From the IMG/VR virus record IMGVR_UViG_2615840613_000003, positions 26,210-90,209 of that record: a stretch of 64,000 nucleotides of DNA; one strand, 5' to 3'. The notes below the pieces were generated by a model. The model saw nothing but the letters and a program-made list of their open reading frames with translations. It made no database searches and was not told the origin of the DNA. This document shows, piece by piece, positions 45,416-54,798 of the stretch; the stretch's first letter is position 1; every line of letters starts with the position of its first letter. Both the position numbers and the translations under genes were made by a program. This stretch comes from a virus. Its lineage: Duplodnaviria > Caudoviricetes.

Positions 45416-48400
45416 CAGTTGAACTCCAATGTGACGGTGCGCGGGAAGCCGCGGCCCGCGACGGCGCTGATCTGGAAGACGGTGACGGTCAGGGACGACG
45501 GGACCGCACCGAAGTCGGCGAGGATGTCGGCATTGGCGTAGACGACGTTTGGGCTCGTCGCGGTGAGCGTCCGCTTCACCGCGCCGCCAGGGGCGGAGAG
45601 GATGTCGATCTCGTAGGTTTCGGAGGTCTCGCCGAGCGGCACGAGGCCGGTGCCGTCCTTCAACTCGCCGCCGATCCGGGTCCGCCGGACCCAGGAGAGA
45701 CTGATGTTGACCGGATTGCCGGTCAGAGCCGCCTGCACGTTCCAGGGTGCATAGGGCTTGAGGTCCCGGCCGGTATGGCTGGAGACCAACGTTTCCGCAT
45801 CCTCGAAGATCGTGCCGAACCCAACAGCCCTCCAGGACCGGGGGAGCTCGAGATCGCCGAGCGAGGTGACCATGGTCTCGACATCGTCGGGGTCGAGGAG
45901 GACAAACAACTCACCGGCCTCGTGCCCATCCACGAAGACATCGGTGCCACGTCGACCACGCAAAAGCCCGGACAGGGTGTAGGAGCCGTCCGGGTTCAGC
46001 GCCACGTCGCGGAACTGGATGATCTCGGGCTCACCGTTGGCCTTGAGGACGAGGGCCGCGTTGGCGCCGCTGAGCATCGAGTCCTGTGTGACGCTCTCCA
46101 GCCGTTCACCGCCGGTGGTCATGAATACCGTGAGGCTGTTCGTCTCATCGGTCGCGAACGGGGATGTCGGCCTGCCGAGGGCATTCGCCGTGGCGCCCCA
46201 GGCCGTCTCGCTCAGGGATCGACCGACCTGCGCCCACCCCGTGCCGTCGACGCTGCGGTAGAGAGAGGCACCGGGCCAGCCCGGGCCTCCAAAGCCGCCC
46301 ATGAGGTAGTAGATCCGCGACCCCGACCCGCCGGTGTCATCGGTATCGCGCAGCAGCGGAAGGTCCAGCAGGATCAGCCGCGTCGCGGCCTGACTGCCGA
46401 CGAGCTGTACCGGTTTGCCGGAGCCGCCATCGGCAGCCACGTTGGAGACGTAGGTGGCGGCAGCTTCAGAGACTCCCTTCACCGCGAGCGAGAAATCCGC
46501 CCCGACATCGAGACGGGTGATGCGGGTCCGGAAGGTCGAGCCCGACTCGAAGACCACGTCCACGACATCGGTCGGATCGAGGCGCAGCCAGTCGGCCGGT
46601 AGTTCTGCTTCGTACGCGCTGCGTTCGATCCAGGCGCTGTAGAGCGTCTTGGCGGCGATCTGCTTGGCCGTCGTCGCGTCCAGCGCAAGGGCTAGCTCTA
46701 CGCTGGACTGGTTGCGCGAATGCATGGTCGGCAGCGGCAGGGATGTGCGCTTTTCGCTCTGCGTGCCCTGCTGGTAGTCGGCGCCGCGATCCATGTAGAC
46801 GACGCTGACGCGTTCCGGCAGCTCGACCTCCTGCGTGCGACGCTCACGCCAGCTTTCGCCGGTCCGCTCATCCAGCGGCAGCAGAAGATCCGCGTCGATG
46901 GTCGCGGCGGGCGGTCGTCCCCGCGTCCGGAACCGCAGGGCATCGTCGCTTTCCGCAGCGTCGAAGAAATAGGCCTGCGCCAGCGGCTCGATCGCGCCTC
47001 GCACGGTGGTCTGCCGCCCGATGACATAGCCGGGAACCGTCGCCCCGAGATCGGCGACGTCTATGTCGGACAGACCAAGGCCGGCACGGGCGCAAAGGTC
47101 GGAGACGATGCCGGAGAGCGTCTCTCCACCACCGCCGCCGCGATTGAGGAAGAGCTTCACCCAGCCTTGGCTGCCGCGGACCAGATGCGTGTCGGTGACG
47201 GCATCGTAAACCTGAGCACCGCCTTCGCTGACCGCACCCGGCCAGATCTCATTGAGAACAAGAGCGCCTGTGGCGGTGTCCAGCTGGATAACGCGCGTGC
47301 TCCGCATCAGCGTCCAACGCTGCCCGCGCAGGCGGCTCTGACCGTAGTAGGGCCCTTCGTAGTTGATCTGGATCGGAACGACCGTCTTCCAGACGATGCC
47401 GGTGTCGCTGCGCCATTTCAGCGTATAGATCCCGCCGGGCGATCCCCCGTTCGAGATGCGCGCCTGAAAGATGACGCTGTCGTCGGTCGTGTCGTAGGAG
47501 AGCCCGCCCGCGCTGCCGTAGAAGCCGGTGGCGCCGCTCTCGAAGTCCGACGGCGAGAAGGCGGCGACCTTCTCGAAGGTGACGCCGAGGGATTGGCCGG
47601 TGAGGCCGTCGTACCCTGCCAGCGCGGAGACCCGCAGGCGATAGAGGCCGAGGCTTCCATGGTTCGTGCTCGTCCCGCTGCCGAGGACCCAGCCATCCCC
47701 GAAGCCTTCGCCGACCGCACCACCAATGACGCCCCGAACGCGAGGCTCGGTGACGCTCTGCCCGGCACCCCATACATAGCCCATGGTGTCGGCGCGGATG
47801 AGTCCGACATCGTCGAAGAGCGATCCGGTGAGAACGAAGTCGACCCGGCCAGAGGGGCCGTAAGCGGAGACCATCCCCATCCATGTCGTGGCGACGAACC
47901 GCAGGGTCGAATTGGTCAGGCCGCTGCTGGTGGAGCCGAATCGGCCGACTTCCTTGAGCGCGTTCGGTTCGATGCGCAGGATCGGTCGTGAGTTGCTCGA
48001 TCCGGTCACGACATAGAGGTGGCCGTCCTCGCCGCAGAACAGCGTGCTCGGGAAGTTGTTCGGCGTGACGCCCGTGATGTCCGTCATCCGCGCCTGCCGG
48101 TCTTCTTTCATGGTCCGTAGGCTGAAGCGGCGGATCCCGGCCTCGGCGGCGTTGACGTCGCTGTCCAGGAAGTAGCCGTATCCGCGCCGCCAATCGACGG
48201 TCAGGTCGTCGATCTGGTAGGTGCCGAAATATCCGCCTTCGCCCGTCGTGATGAAATCGAGCAGCTGGTAGGGCTGCTGAGCCGCCCGCTGGTAGGTGAT
48301 CTCGGCCGTGATGTTCGGGATGCGGTTCCCGAAGTCCGCGAGCGCCAGGTCTTCGAAGACGATGGTGGCGAGACCCCGATGGGCGGGTGCACGGCCCGCG

Positions 48401-48918
48401 CCGACGTGCATTTCGATCAGCGGATCGGCCAGCTGATCCTCCGCCCCGGAATGGAAACGGAACTTGAGATCCGGTTTGGCGACGTCGGGGCTCGCGCCGG
48501 TCTTGTCGTAGATGAGTTTGCCGTCCGCCCAGATCCGAAGCACGTCCTCGGCCGGCCCTTCGCCGAAGCTGAGGGCGAAGGACGCGAAGTAGGAGTACGT
48601 GACCGAGGTCTGGGTGGCTCCGCCGCCGCCCTTGCCGCCCGAGCGGGTCCGGGTGACGTTCTGCTGCTCACGGATGCCGGAGGACCAGATCATGTTGCCG
48701 GCCATGCGCAAGGTGCCGTAGCCGATGGCGATCGATGCGCCATAGGCGGACGAGGAAACGGTCAGGTCTCCGAGTCGGGGGCCTTCGGTGGTGACGTTCT
48801 GCCCCTTGGCCGGAAACAAGAGGCTGCCGACCACAGAGCCGACGAGCCAGCCGGCTTGCCAGCCGAGGCCGACCGCGGAGCCGAGCGCGGCTCCGCCCAC
48901 TGCGACGAGAATGGCCAT
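45415..48918 (-). CDS. Central tail/host-specificity protein (GTA megatron-like)
   Basis: EGPRLGDL, YG..I..YG..R.AGN.IW, RIWADGK, FGNRIP, LLRGRRGT, W.RRTR. Confidence 0.85.
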   Translation of the reverse strand: MAILVAVGGAALGSAVGLGWQAGWLVGSVVGSLLFPAKGQNVTTEGPRLGDLTVSSSAYGASIAIGYGTLRMAGNMIWSSGIREQQNVTRTRSGGKGGGGATQTSVTYSYFASFALSFGEGPAEDVLRIWADGKLIYDKTGASPDVAKPDLKFRFHSGAEDQLADPLIEMHVGAGRAPAHRGLATIVFEDLALADFGNRIPNITAEITYQRAAQQPYQLLDFITTGEGGYFGTYQIDDLTVDWRRGYGYFLDSDVNAAEAGIRRFSLRTMKEDRQARMTDITGVTPNNFPSTLFCGEDGHLYVVTGSSNSRPILRIEPNALKEVGRFGSTSSGLTNSTLRFVATTWMGMVSAYGPSGRVDFVLTGSLFDDVGLIRADTMGYVWGAGQSVTEPRVRGVIGGAVGEGFGDGWVLGSGTSTNHGSLGLYRLRVSALAGYDGLTGQSLGVTFEKVAAFSPSDFESGATGFYGSAGGLSYDTTDDSVIFQARISNGGSPGGIYTLKWRSDTGIVWKTVVPIQINYEGPYYGQSRLRGQRWTLMRSTRVIQLDTATGALVLNEIWPGAVSEGGAQVYDAVTDTHLVRGSQGWVKLFLNRGGGGGETLSGIVSDLCARAGLGLSDIDVADLGATVPGYVIGRQTTVRGAIEPLAQAYFFDAAESDDALRFRTRGRPPAATIDADLLLPLDERTGESWRERRTQEVELPERVSVVYMDRGADYQQGTQSEKRTSLPLPTMHSRNQSSVELALALDATTAKQIAAKTLYSAWIERSAYEAELPADWLRLDPTDVVDVVFESGSTFRTRITRLDVGADFSLAVKGVSEAAATYVSNVAADGGSGKPVQLVGSQAATRLILLDLPLLRDTDDTGGSGSRIYYLMGGFGGPGWPGASLYRSVDGTGWAQVGRSLSETAWGATANALGRPTSPFATDETNSLTVFMTTGGERLESVTQDSMLSGANAALVLKANGEPEIIQFRDVALNPDGSYTLSGLLRGRRGTDVFVDGHEAGELFVLLDPDDVETMVTSLGDLELPRSWRAVGFGTIFEDAETLVSSHTGRDLKPYAPWNVQAALTGNPVNISLSWVRRTRIGGELKDGTGLVPLGETSETYEIDILSAPGGAVKRTLTATSPNVVYANADILADFGAVPSSLTVTVFQISAVAGRGFPRTVTLEFN

Positions 48919-48924
48919 GGGAGG

Positions 48925-49389
48925 TCAGGTTCCTGGAGAGCGAAAGCGAAACGCGAACTTGATCTTGGCCGGCCATTCGCCGGCATAGGGTTCCTCGATC
49001 ACCTGCCTGCGCGTGGCGTGCGCGTGCAGGAGATGCGGCCGTCCGAGCCGTTCCGTCAGAAAGCCGCAATGGCAGGGATAAGCCTGATCAGCGAAGACGA
49101 GGACGTCACCGGGCTTCGCTTGTGTGACGGCAATGCCGTCCATGTGCCCGCGAAAGTGCTCGACGAAGCCCTGTCCCTGCGCGCGGCGCCCATAGGCCGT
49201 GCTGTCGTGGTCGGCGAGTTCGAGCGCCCGCGCGACAAGGACCACGAGCCCCGCGCAATCAACACCGGCGCGGCTTCGCCCCTGGTGTCGCCAGGGAACA
49301 CCCAGCCATGTTCGCGCTTCGGCGACAATCGCATCGGCCAGATCCCCCATCGCGGTGGCGGTCGCTGATGGTGGGCGGTCAGCGTGCAT
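48925..49389 (-). CDS. NlpC/P60 tail peptidase
   Basis: ARTWLGVPWRHQGR..GVDCAGLV, PGDVL, HCG, HA. Confidence 0.88.
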   Translation of the reverse strand: MHADRPPSATATAMGDLADAIVAEARTWLGVPWRHQGRSRAGVDCAGLVVLVARALELADHDSTAYGRRAQGQGFVEHFRGHMDGIAVTQAKPGDVLVFADQAYPCHCGFLTERLGRPHLLHAHATRRQVIEEPYAGEWPAKIKFAFRFRSPGT

Positions 49390-50989
49390 CGGGATAGCTC
49401 ATCATGGCATCCTGGCCCGGCACGTAGGGTTCGCCGCGAAAGTTCAGGACGTTGGCGAAGCGGTCGATGCAGGTGTCGAGCCGCTTGTCGCAGCCGGGAT
49501 GAACGCGGAAGGCGTCGTCGGATGAGATCGCGTATCCCATCGGCAGGAACAGCTCGATCCGCCCGCTGCCTTGGGTCCAGCCCTTGACCTCGGTGGAACG
49601 ACCGGCATTGGCGCCGGTCTCCCAGGTCAGCACACCTTCAGCAAACCAGCCATCAACCGCTCGTGGTTCATCGAGCGTGGCATTGAAGACCGCCCGGTCA
49701 GTGACTGCCGTCACGATGCCCGACCGGCTCCAGGCTTCCTCGGCCTCGAAAACCGCGCCACCATCGGCGGTTTGCGCGCCGACATTGGTGTCGAAACTCG
49801 GTGGCTCGGACGCGGTCGTTCCGGCGGTCACGCACCGATAGACGCGGTTCTCGAAATCCGCGGAAGTCGGTACTGATGCCGTCGTGTCCGTGATCGTCGC
49901 CACGACGGCGTCGAAGGCCGCGTTCGACTGGCTGCCGGCCGCGAGCTGGTGGAGGAGCCGGAAGCGGAGAAATCTGGTTCCCACCGGCAGCTGGGCCATC
50001 GAGATGCCCCGCTGAACCCAGCTGTCTTCGGGCAGGATCACCTCGAAGCCCGTGTCGAGAAGGGTTGAGAGCAGGTTCGACGAGCCGTCCAGAGCTTCGA
50101 CGACGACTCGCCCCAAGTCGTCCGGGAACGAATTCGCCCGGCTCACTGCTGCGTCCAGCCGGTAGGCGTCTCCGTCGATCTGCAGTGGATCCAGACCCGA
50201 TGCGACTAGGTCGATGGATTGGGTCAGCTCCCCCGATGCCGAGCTTCCGCCTTCCAGGTAGAAGCTGCCAGCAGCGGGCGTCAGGCTGCCATTGCCGGCG
50301 TCATGCACGTCCCAGTCGCCGGACACCTTCGTCCATCCGGTGGGCGTAAAGCTGGAGCCGTCGCCGGCGCCATCCGCCTCGAAGCTGCCGTTGACGACCG
50401 GCAGCGGGAAACTGACCGGCGTGCCGGTCGTGCGCACGCGCACCACGTCACCGAGGATGTACGCCGTCGATCGGGCGATTTCTGGCGGATTGACCGGCAC
50501 CTTGCAGCGATGATCTCCGAGATCGGCGCGGCATTCCGGGCTGTAGAGTTCGCCGATGCGTTGCTGCAGCGCTTGGGTCATGCCGCGCAGTTCGGTCCGG
50601 AAAATGCCCTGCTCGGTCAGCACGACCTCGCCGAACCAGCCGCGGCGCATCCGAAGCGCGCCCATGCCGGGGGCCGCCCAGTTGACCAGGAAGATCCGCA
50701 CCTCGGCCTGATCGAAGAGACCCGCGCGCAGTTCCTCCTCGGTGATCGAGGCGCTGTCGAAGACGCCCTCGACGTCGAGATTGTCGACGCTCAGGCTCGC
50801 ATCATTGGCGATGGCCGTGCGCGAATAGCCGGAACTCGCCTTGTAGACCTTGCCCTCGAACGGCAGATCCCGGTCGTGGTCGGTGAAGAAGAACTCCTTG
50901 CCGTCGATACGCGAAATACGCCAGCAAGTGGCGAGCGTCGTCACCGGTCCGGCGAGGTGCGCCGCGAGGGCTGCCGAGGTCGATTTCAT
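49379..50989 (-). CDS. Baseplate hub protein (DUF2163/BR0599) with an inserted domain
   Basis: TTLATCW.I.R.DG..FTDHD, CRADLGD..C, GCDK..TC..RF.N..NFRGEP.VPG. Confidence 0.88.
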   Translation of the reverse strand: MKSTSAALAAHLAGPVTTLATCWRISRIDGKEFFFTDHDRDLPFEGKVYKASSGYSRTAIANDASLSVDNLDVEGVFDSASITEEELRAGLFDQAEVRIFLVNWAAPGMGALRMRRGWFGEVVLTEQGIFRTELRGMTQALQQRIGELYSPECRADLGDHRCKVPVNPPEIARSTAYILGDVVRVRTTGTPVSFPLPVVNGSFEADGAGDGSSFTPTGWTKVSGDWDVHDAGNGSLTPAAGSFYLEGGSSASGELTQSIDLVASGLDPLQIDGDAYRLDAAVSRANSFPDDLGRVVVEALDGSSNLLSTLLDTGFEVILPEDSWVQRGISMAQLPVGTRFLRFRLLHQLAAGSQSNAAFDAVVATITDTTASVPTSADFENRVYRCVTAGTTASEPPSFDTNVGAQTADGGAVFEAEEAWSRSGIVTAVTDRAVFNATLDEPRAVDGWFAEGVLTWETGANAGRSTEVKGWTQGSGRIELFLPMGYAISSDDAFRVHPGCDKRLDTCIDRFANVLNFRGEPYVPGQDAMMSYPDAR

Positions 50990-51588
50990 GGTCTGATCTC
51001 CAGCACCGGGATCTGGCCCCAACTGCCGAGCTGATAGGTTTCGATGGTGAGGTCCATCTGATCGCTGTCGAAGCGGACGGGCACGTCGAACTCGAAGTCC
51101 GCCGTCACCTGCACGCCGGATGCGGGGGCGACGGTGAATGTGACGAGCCCGGTCGCCGTGTCGACGCTCCAGCCCGAGACCGCCTCGACGCCGTCGCGGT
51201 AGATCTTCACCGTTCCGGGAACGGGCTTGGTGATGATCCGGGTCTCGACCTCGCCGCCGCTGGCGTAGGTCTTCACGAGCTGGAACGTCTTGGTCACGCC
51301 GTCGCCTTGACCGAGCAGCTGGGCAAGCGCTTGGTAGTCGGTCCAGTCCTTGAAGCGGAAACCGTAGGCACGCCCGCGTCGCGCGCGAAAGAAGGCGATG
51401 AGGGCGGCCACCTGATCGCGTTTTTTCAGGCCGTGTGCCACGTTCCATTTGCCCCGCGCGGCGGCCCAGTTGGCGTTGCGCCGCTCGTGTCCCGAAACGG
51501 TCGTCACCACGGTGGTCGAGTAGCCGGGGCCGCCGGACGCCCCGTAGGAGATGTCCGGCGGGAACTGAACTTCGTGAAAGCCGCTCAT
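50986..51588 (-). CDS. Distal tail protein (DUF2460/TIGR02217)
   Basis: FHEVQFP..ISYG..GGP, FFRARRG..FRFKDW.D, FEFDVPVRFD. Confidence 0.9.
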   Translation of the reverse strand: MSGFHEVQFPPDISYGASGGPGYSTTVVTTVSGHERRNANWAAARGKWNVAHGLKKRDQVAALIAFFRARRGRAYGFRFKDWTDYQALAQLLGQGDGVTKTFQLVKTYASGGEVETRIITKPVPGTVKIYRDGVEAVSGWSVDTATGLVTFTVAPASGVQVTADFEFDVPVRFDSDQMDLTIETYQLGSWGQIPVLEIRP

Positions 51589-51615
51589 CTGTCGATCCGT
51601 CGGAGATTGCCCAGT

Positions 51616-54087
51616 TCAGAGATTACGGCGGGCCCGCTCCATGGCGCGGGCGGCGTCGGCGGCGATCTGCCCTTGGGCGTAGCGAAAGCTGCCAGCATCC
51701 GGGGTGGAGATGTTCATCACCACGTTGACCGGTGGACGGGTTTCTCGTGCGGCGCCGATGGCGGCGAGCTGAGCCCGTGACAGCACCATCTCACCGCGCT
51801 GCAGGATCGCGGGCACCTCGTCGGCACGAAGCCCCGCGAGACCGCCGTCGTGGAAACGCGGCGCACCCGCAAAAGCGAATGCCGGGACGAGCCGCTGCTG
51901 AGCGGGCCCCCCGGCGACGCCGCCTTGATGGAAGATGCCGGCAAACAGCCCGCCTCCGCCGCCGAACAAGCCGCCGAGCAGTCCGCCGCTGCCTCCGCCA
52001 AGTGCATTGGCTAGAGGCCCGAGGATCGCGGAACGAACCGCGATGCGGGTGATGTCGGCGAGGATGCTGTCGGCGAGCGCCTTGAAGTCGATCTTGCCGC
52101 CGGTCACGAAGTTGGCGATGGCGTCCTCGGCGCTGCGAAAGGCGCTGGTGAGAGCGCTGCCGAGACCCTTGCCCCAGTCCATCGCCTCGCTGGCATAGCG
52201 GGACAGCTCCTCGCGAACCGCCGCCCAGCCGGTTGCCGCCTGTGTGGCCGCCGAAGCCGCCGCCTCCCCGGCGGCATGACTTGCTTCCGCGGCGCGTGCG
52301 GCGGAACCGGCCGAGCCTTCACCATCTCCTGCGGCATCGCCTCCGGCGCCGCCAATGGCTGCGAAGGCTTCATCCAGACGCTCCGTCGCCTCGGCCGCAT
52401 CGTCGATTTCGGTATTTGCGCCCGCCATGGCCTCCCGGAGCGCCGCGATGGACGCAAGAGGCGCGCCAGCCAGCTCTCCCAGCGCCGTCGCTGTCGCTCT
52501 CGCCCTGTCGGCGGCGGCACGCGCATTCTCTGCGAAGGCCGTCAGACCGAAATCCGGCGTGGCGAATGTATCGGTCTCGAACGCGGCGGCGAAGGCATCA
52601 CGCGCCGCATTGCCAGCCCGGCTCGCGGCGCCCACAAACTCGTTCTCGATCCGGCCGAGATCGACATCCGGCACCAGTTCGATGGTCCGCTCGATCCCGA
52701 TCGCCGCCAGACCCGCATTGACGCCCTTGAGGAGTGCGTTGATGCCGTTGACCGCGCCGTTCAGCATCGACTCGAGACCGGCTACAGCCAAGTTCGCCGC
52801 CTGGATCGTCAGATCGCCGATTACCCGAGGCAGGTTGCTCCAGATCACGACCATCGCATCGAAAGCGCCTTGAAACGCCCCGATGATGCGGTTGGCGAAG
52901 GTGACGACGGCCTCGAGCGACGCCTGGAGCGCGTCGGCGATGCTCGCCTGAATGCCGCTCCAGGCGGCGTCGATGCGTGCTTTCAGGACGCCGGCCAACA
53001 GGCCGATCCTGTCCCAGACTTCGGTCGCCACGCCGCCAAGAAGACCGAGCGCCGCGCCGAAGCCGCCGGTCGCCTGCACCAGCCGACCGAACTGGTAGAT
53101 CAGCTCACCCGCCGCCACGATAAGCGCGCCGATACCAGTTCGAATCAATGCGCCGCGTAGCAGCGTGAGCGCACCCGACAGGCTGAAGGTCGCGACACGG
53201 GCGGCGACGAAGGCTGCGACCCAGCGTCCGGCCATGAAGCCGGCGAAGGCGATGCCGATGGCGGCGAGCCTTTCCAGATTGTCGGCAACAAGGATCAGGC
53301 CCTCGGCCACCATGGACGAGGCGCCCGCCATCTGGTCCCAGGTCCCGACGAGTTGCAGCGCGGCATTGCCAATCAGCGTGAAGGCATCGCCGATGGTCGC
53401 CGGCATCGAGTCCGCTTCCTCGCGCAGCCGCTCGAGATTGCCGATCAGCGCCGTGCGGATGACATCGCCGGTGATAGCGCCCTGCTGACCGAGGGTGCGC
53501 AAACCTGAGACGGTGGTGCCGAGTTCGGCGGCCAGCAATTCTGCGAGCCGGCCGCCGCTCTGGATCACGGTGTTGAGGTTGTCTCCGCTGAGCGTGCCGA
53601 GGGCCATGGCCTTGGAGAGCGCGTTCTGCACCGAAGCCGCGCGCTCGGCCCGCGCGCCCGAGACGACCATGGCGTTGTTCAGCGCCTCGGTGAAATCCAG
53701 CGATTCACGTGTGGTCAGACCGAGTTCACGCAATGCAGTGGCGTTGGCGAGCCAGGATTCCGCCGTCTGCTCCAGGTTCGAGTAGGTTCGGCGCGCCATT
53801 TCGGCGAGCCGTTGCATGACTGCGGCACCCGTCTCTTGCGCCCCCGTCGCCAGAACCACCCGCGAGCGCAGTTCACTCCAACTGTCGGCATAGGCAGCGA
53901 TCTGGCGAATGCTGAGCGCACCGCCCAGAACACCGGCGATGCGGGCAAGGGCAGCATTGGTGACATCGACTTCCCGGCGGATCTTGCGAAAGCTCTGCGC
54001 TCCGGTCTCGCCGATACCGGCGATCTCCGCCTGGACCTGGCGCCCTCCGACGGCAGCCAGACGAACGGAGACGCGTTTCTCAGCCAT
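51616..54087 (-). CDS. Tail tape measure protein
   Basis: MAEKRVSVRL start; Ala-rich helical body; lambda-like C-terminus FH.GG..DEVPAILQRGE.VL. Confidence 0.92.
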   Translation of the reverse strand: MAEKRVSVRLAAVGGRQVQAEIAGIGETGAQSFRKIRREVDVTNAALARIAGVLGGALSIRQIAAYADSWSELRSRVVLATGAQETGAAVMQRLAEMARRTYSNLEQTAESWLANATALRELGLTTRESLDFTEALNNAMVVSGARAERAASVQNALSKAMALGTLSGDNLNTVIQSGGRLAELLAAELGTTVSGLRTLGQQGAITGDVIRTALIGNLERLREEADSMPATIGDAFTLIGNAALQLVGTWDQMAGASSMVAEGLILVADNLERLAAIGIAFAGFMAGRWVAAFVAARVATFSLSGALTLLRGALIRTGIGALIVAAGELIYQFGRLVQATGGFGAALGLLGGVATEVWDRIGLLAGVLKARIDAAWSGIQASIADALQASLEAVVTFANRIIGAFQGAFDAMVVIWSNLPRVIGDLTIQAANLAVAGLESMLNGAVNGINALLKGVNAGLAAIGIERTIELVPDVDLGRIENEFVGAASRAGNAARDAFAAAFETDTFATPDFGLTAFAENARAAADRARATATALGELAGAPLASIAALREAMAGANTEIDDAAEATERLDEAFAAIGGAGGDAAGDGEGSAGSAARAAEASHAAGEAAASAATQAATGWAAVREELSRYASEAMDWGKGLGSALTSAFRSAEDAIANFVTGGKIDFKALADSILADITRIAVRSAILGPLANALGGGSGGLLGGLFGGGGGLFAGIFHQGGVAGGPAQQRLVPAFAFAGAPRFHDGGLAGLRADEVPAILQRGEMVLSRAQLAAIGAARETRPPVNVVMNISTPDAGSFRYAQGQIAADAARAMERARRNL

Positions 54088-54403
54088 CGCGATCAGACCT
54101 GATTTGGGCATTCAGCCCACGCACCATCACGCCCTCCACCTCGGGCAGAAGTTCCGCGCAGACGAGCGTGTCCAAGCCAAGCGCGTGCGCCCAGATAAGC
54201 GCAGCGGTCATGTCGAGGCCGAGGACCGCACCGGGGACGGCGCGTAGCTGACCCGTGAGCTTTTTGGCGAGATCCCAAACCTGCCATCCTTCGACCGTCT
54301 GCGGACGGTTCAGGACAACGGGACATTCGTTGCAGGCGCCGCGGCAGGATCGGCAATACTGCTCACCCCCGCCGAAGTGCCACTCGGCGAGGGCGCGGAG
54401 TCG
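54080..54403 (-). CDS. Tail assembly chaperone gpT-like segment, reached by -1 frameshift
   Basis: Open -1 frame RLRALAEWHFGGG..CRSC..CNEC..EGWQVWDL..QLR..LPEVEG ending over the tape-measure start; no start codon at its 5' end. Confidence 0.75.
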   Translation of the reverse strand, partial: RLRALAEWHFGGGEQYCRSCRGACNECPVVLNRPQTVEGWQVWDLAKKLTGQLRAVPGAVLGLDMTAALIWAHALGLDTLVCAELLPEVEGVMVRGLNAQIRSDRDG

Positions 54404-54747
54404 TTTTTTTCCGCTTCCAGCAACAGGCCCCTCGACACGTAGCGGAGCTGGAAGGCCTCGAAGATCGGCAAGATGTCCAGGAGGGCATCGATGCCTTCCG
54501 GTGTGACGGGCGCCGGATCGCCTTCAGCATCGCCGACGCCTTCCCATTCCAGAACGACCAGCCGCGCCAGGGCCTTGGCCATGGTGACCGCGATGATCTC
54601 GTTGGAAGCCCCTTCAGGCAATGCGGCCACCATTGCGTCACTGCGGGCGGCGGCCATCAGGGCGGTGGTCAGGGGAGCGACGCGCACACGCACGCCGTGT
54701 CCGAGGTCGAGCCAGCTCGGCTCGCGCGACAGGTTCAGTCGGATCAT
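54310..54747 (-). CDS. Tail assembly chaperone (gpG-like)
   Basis: Between tail tube and tape measure; WEGVGD..G; slippery A-AAA-AAC at 54403-54409 (EKN). Confidence 0.8.
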   Translation of the reverse strand: MIRLNLSREPSWLDLGHGVRVRVAPLTTALMAAARSDAMVAALPEGASNEIIAVTMAKALARLVVLEWEGVGDAEGDPAPVTPEGIDALLDILPIFEAFQLRYVSRGLLLEAEKNDSAPSPSGTSAGVSSIADPAAAPATNVPLS

Positions 54748-54798
54748 GCGAATTTTCCTCACAAAGGATGTGGATGGCCGAAAGCCCGACAAGGATGA

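Noticed and set aside
44135-51588. Gene transfer agent cluster
   Set aside because: Tail-tip genes are GTA-like, but the head is lambda-type (GpA terminase, lambda portal) with a long tape measure, which fits a prophage.
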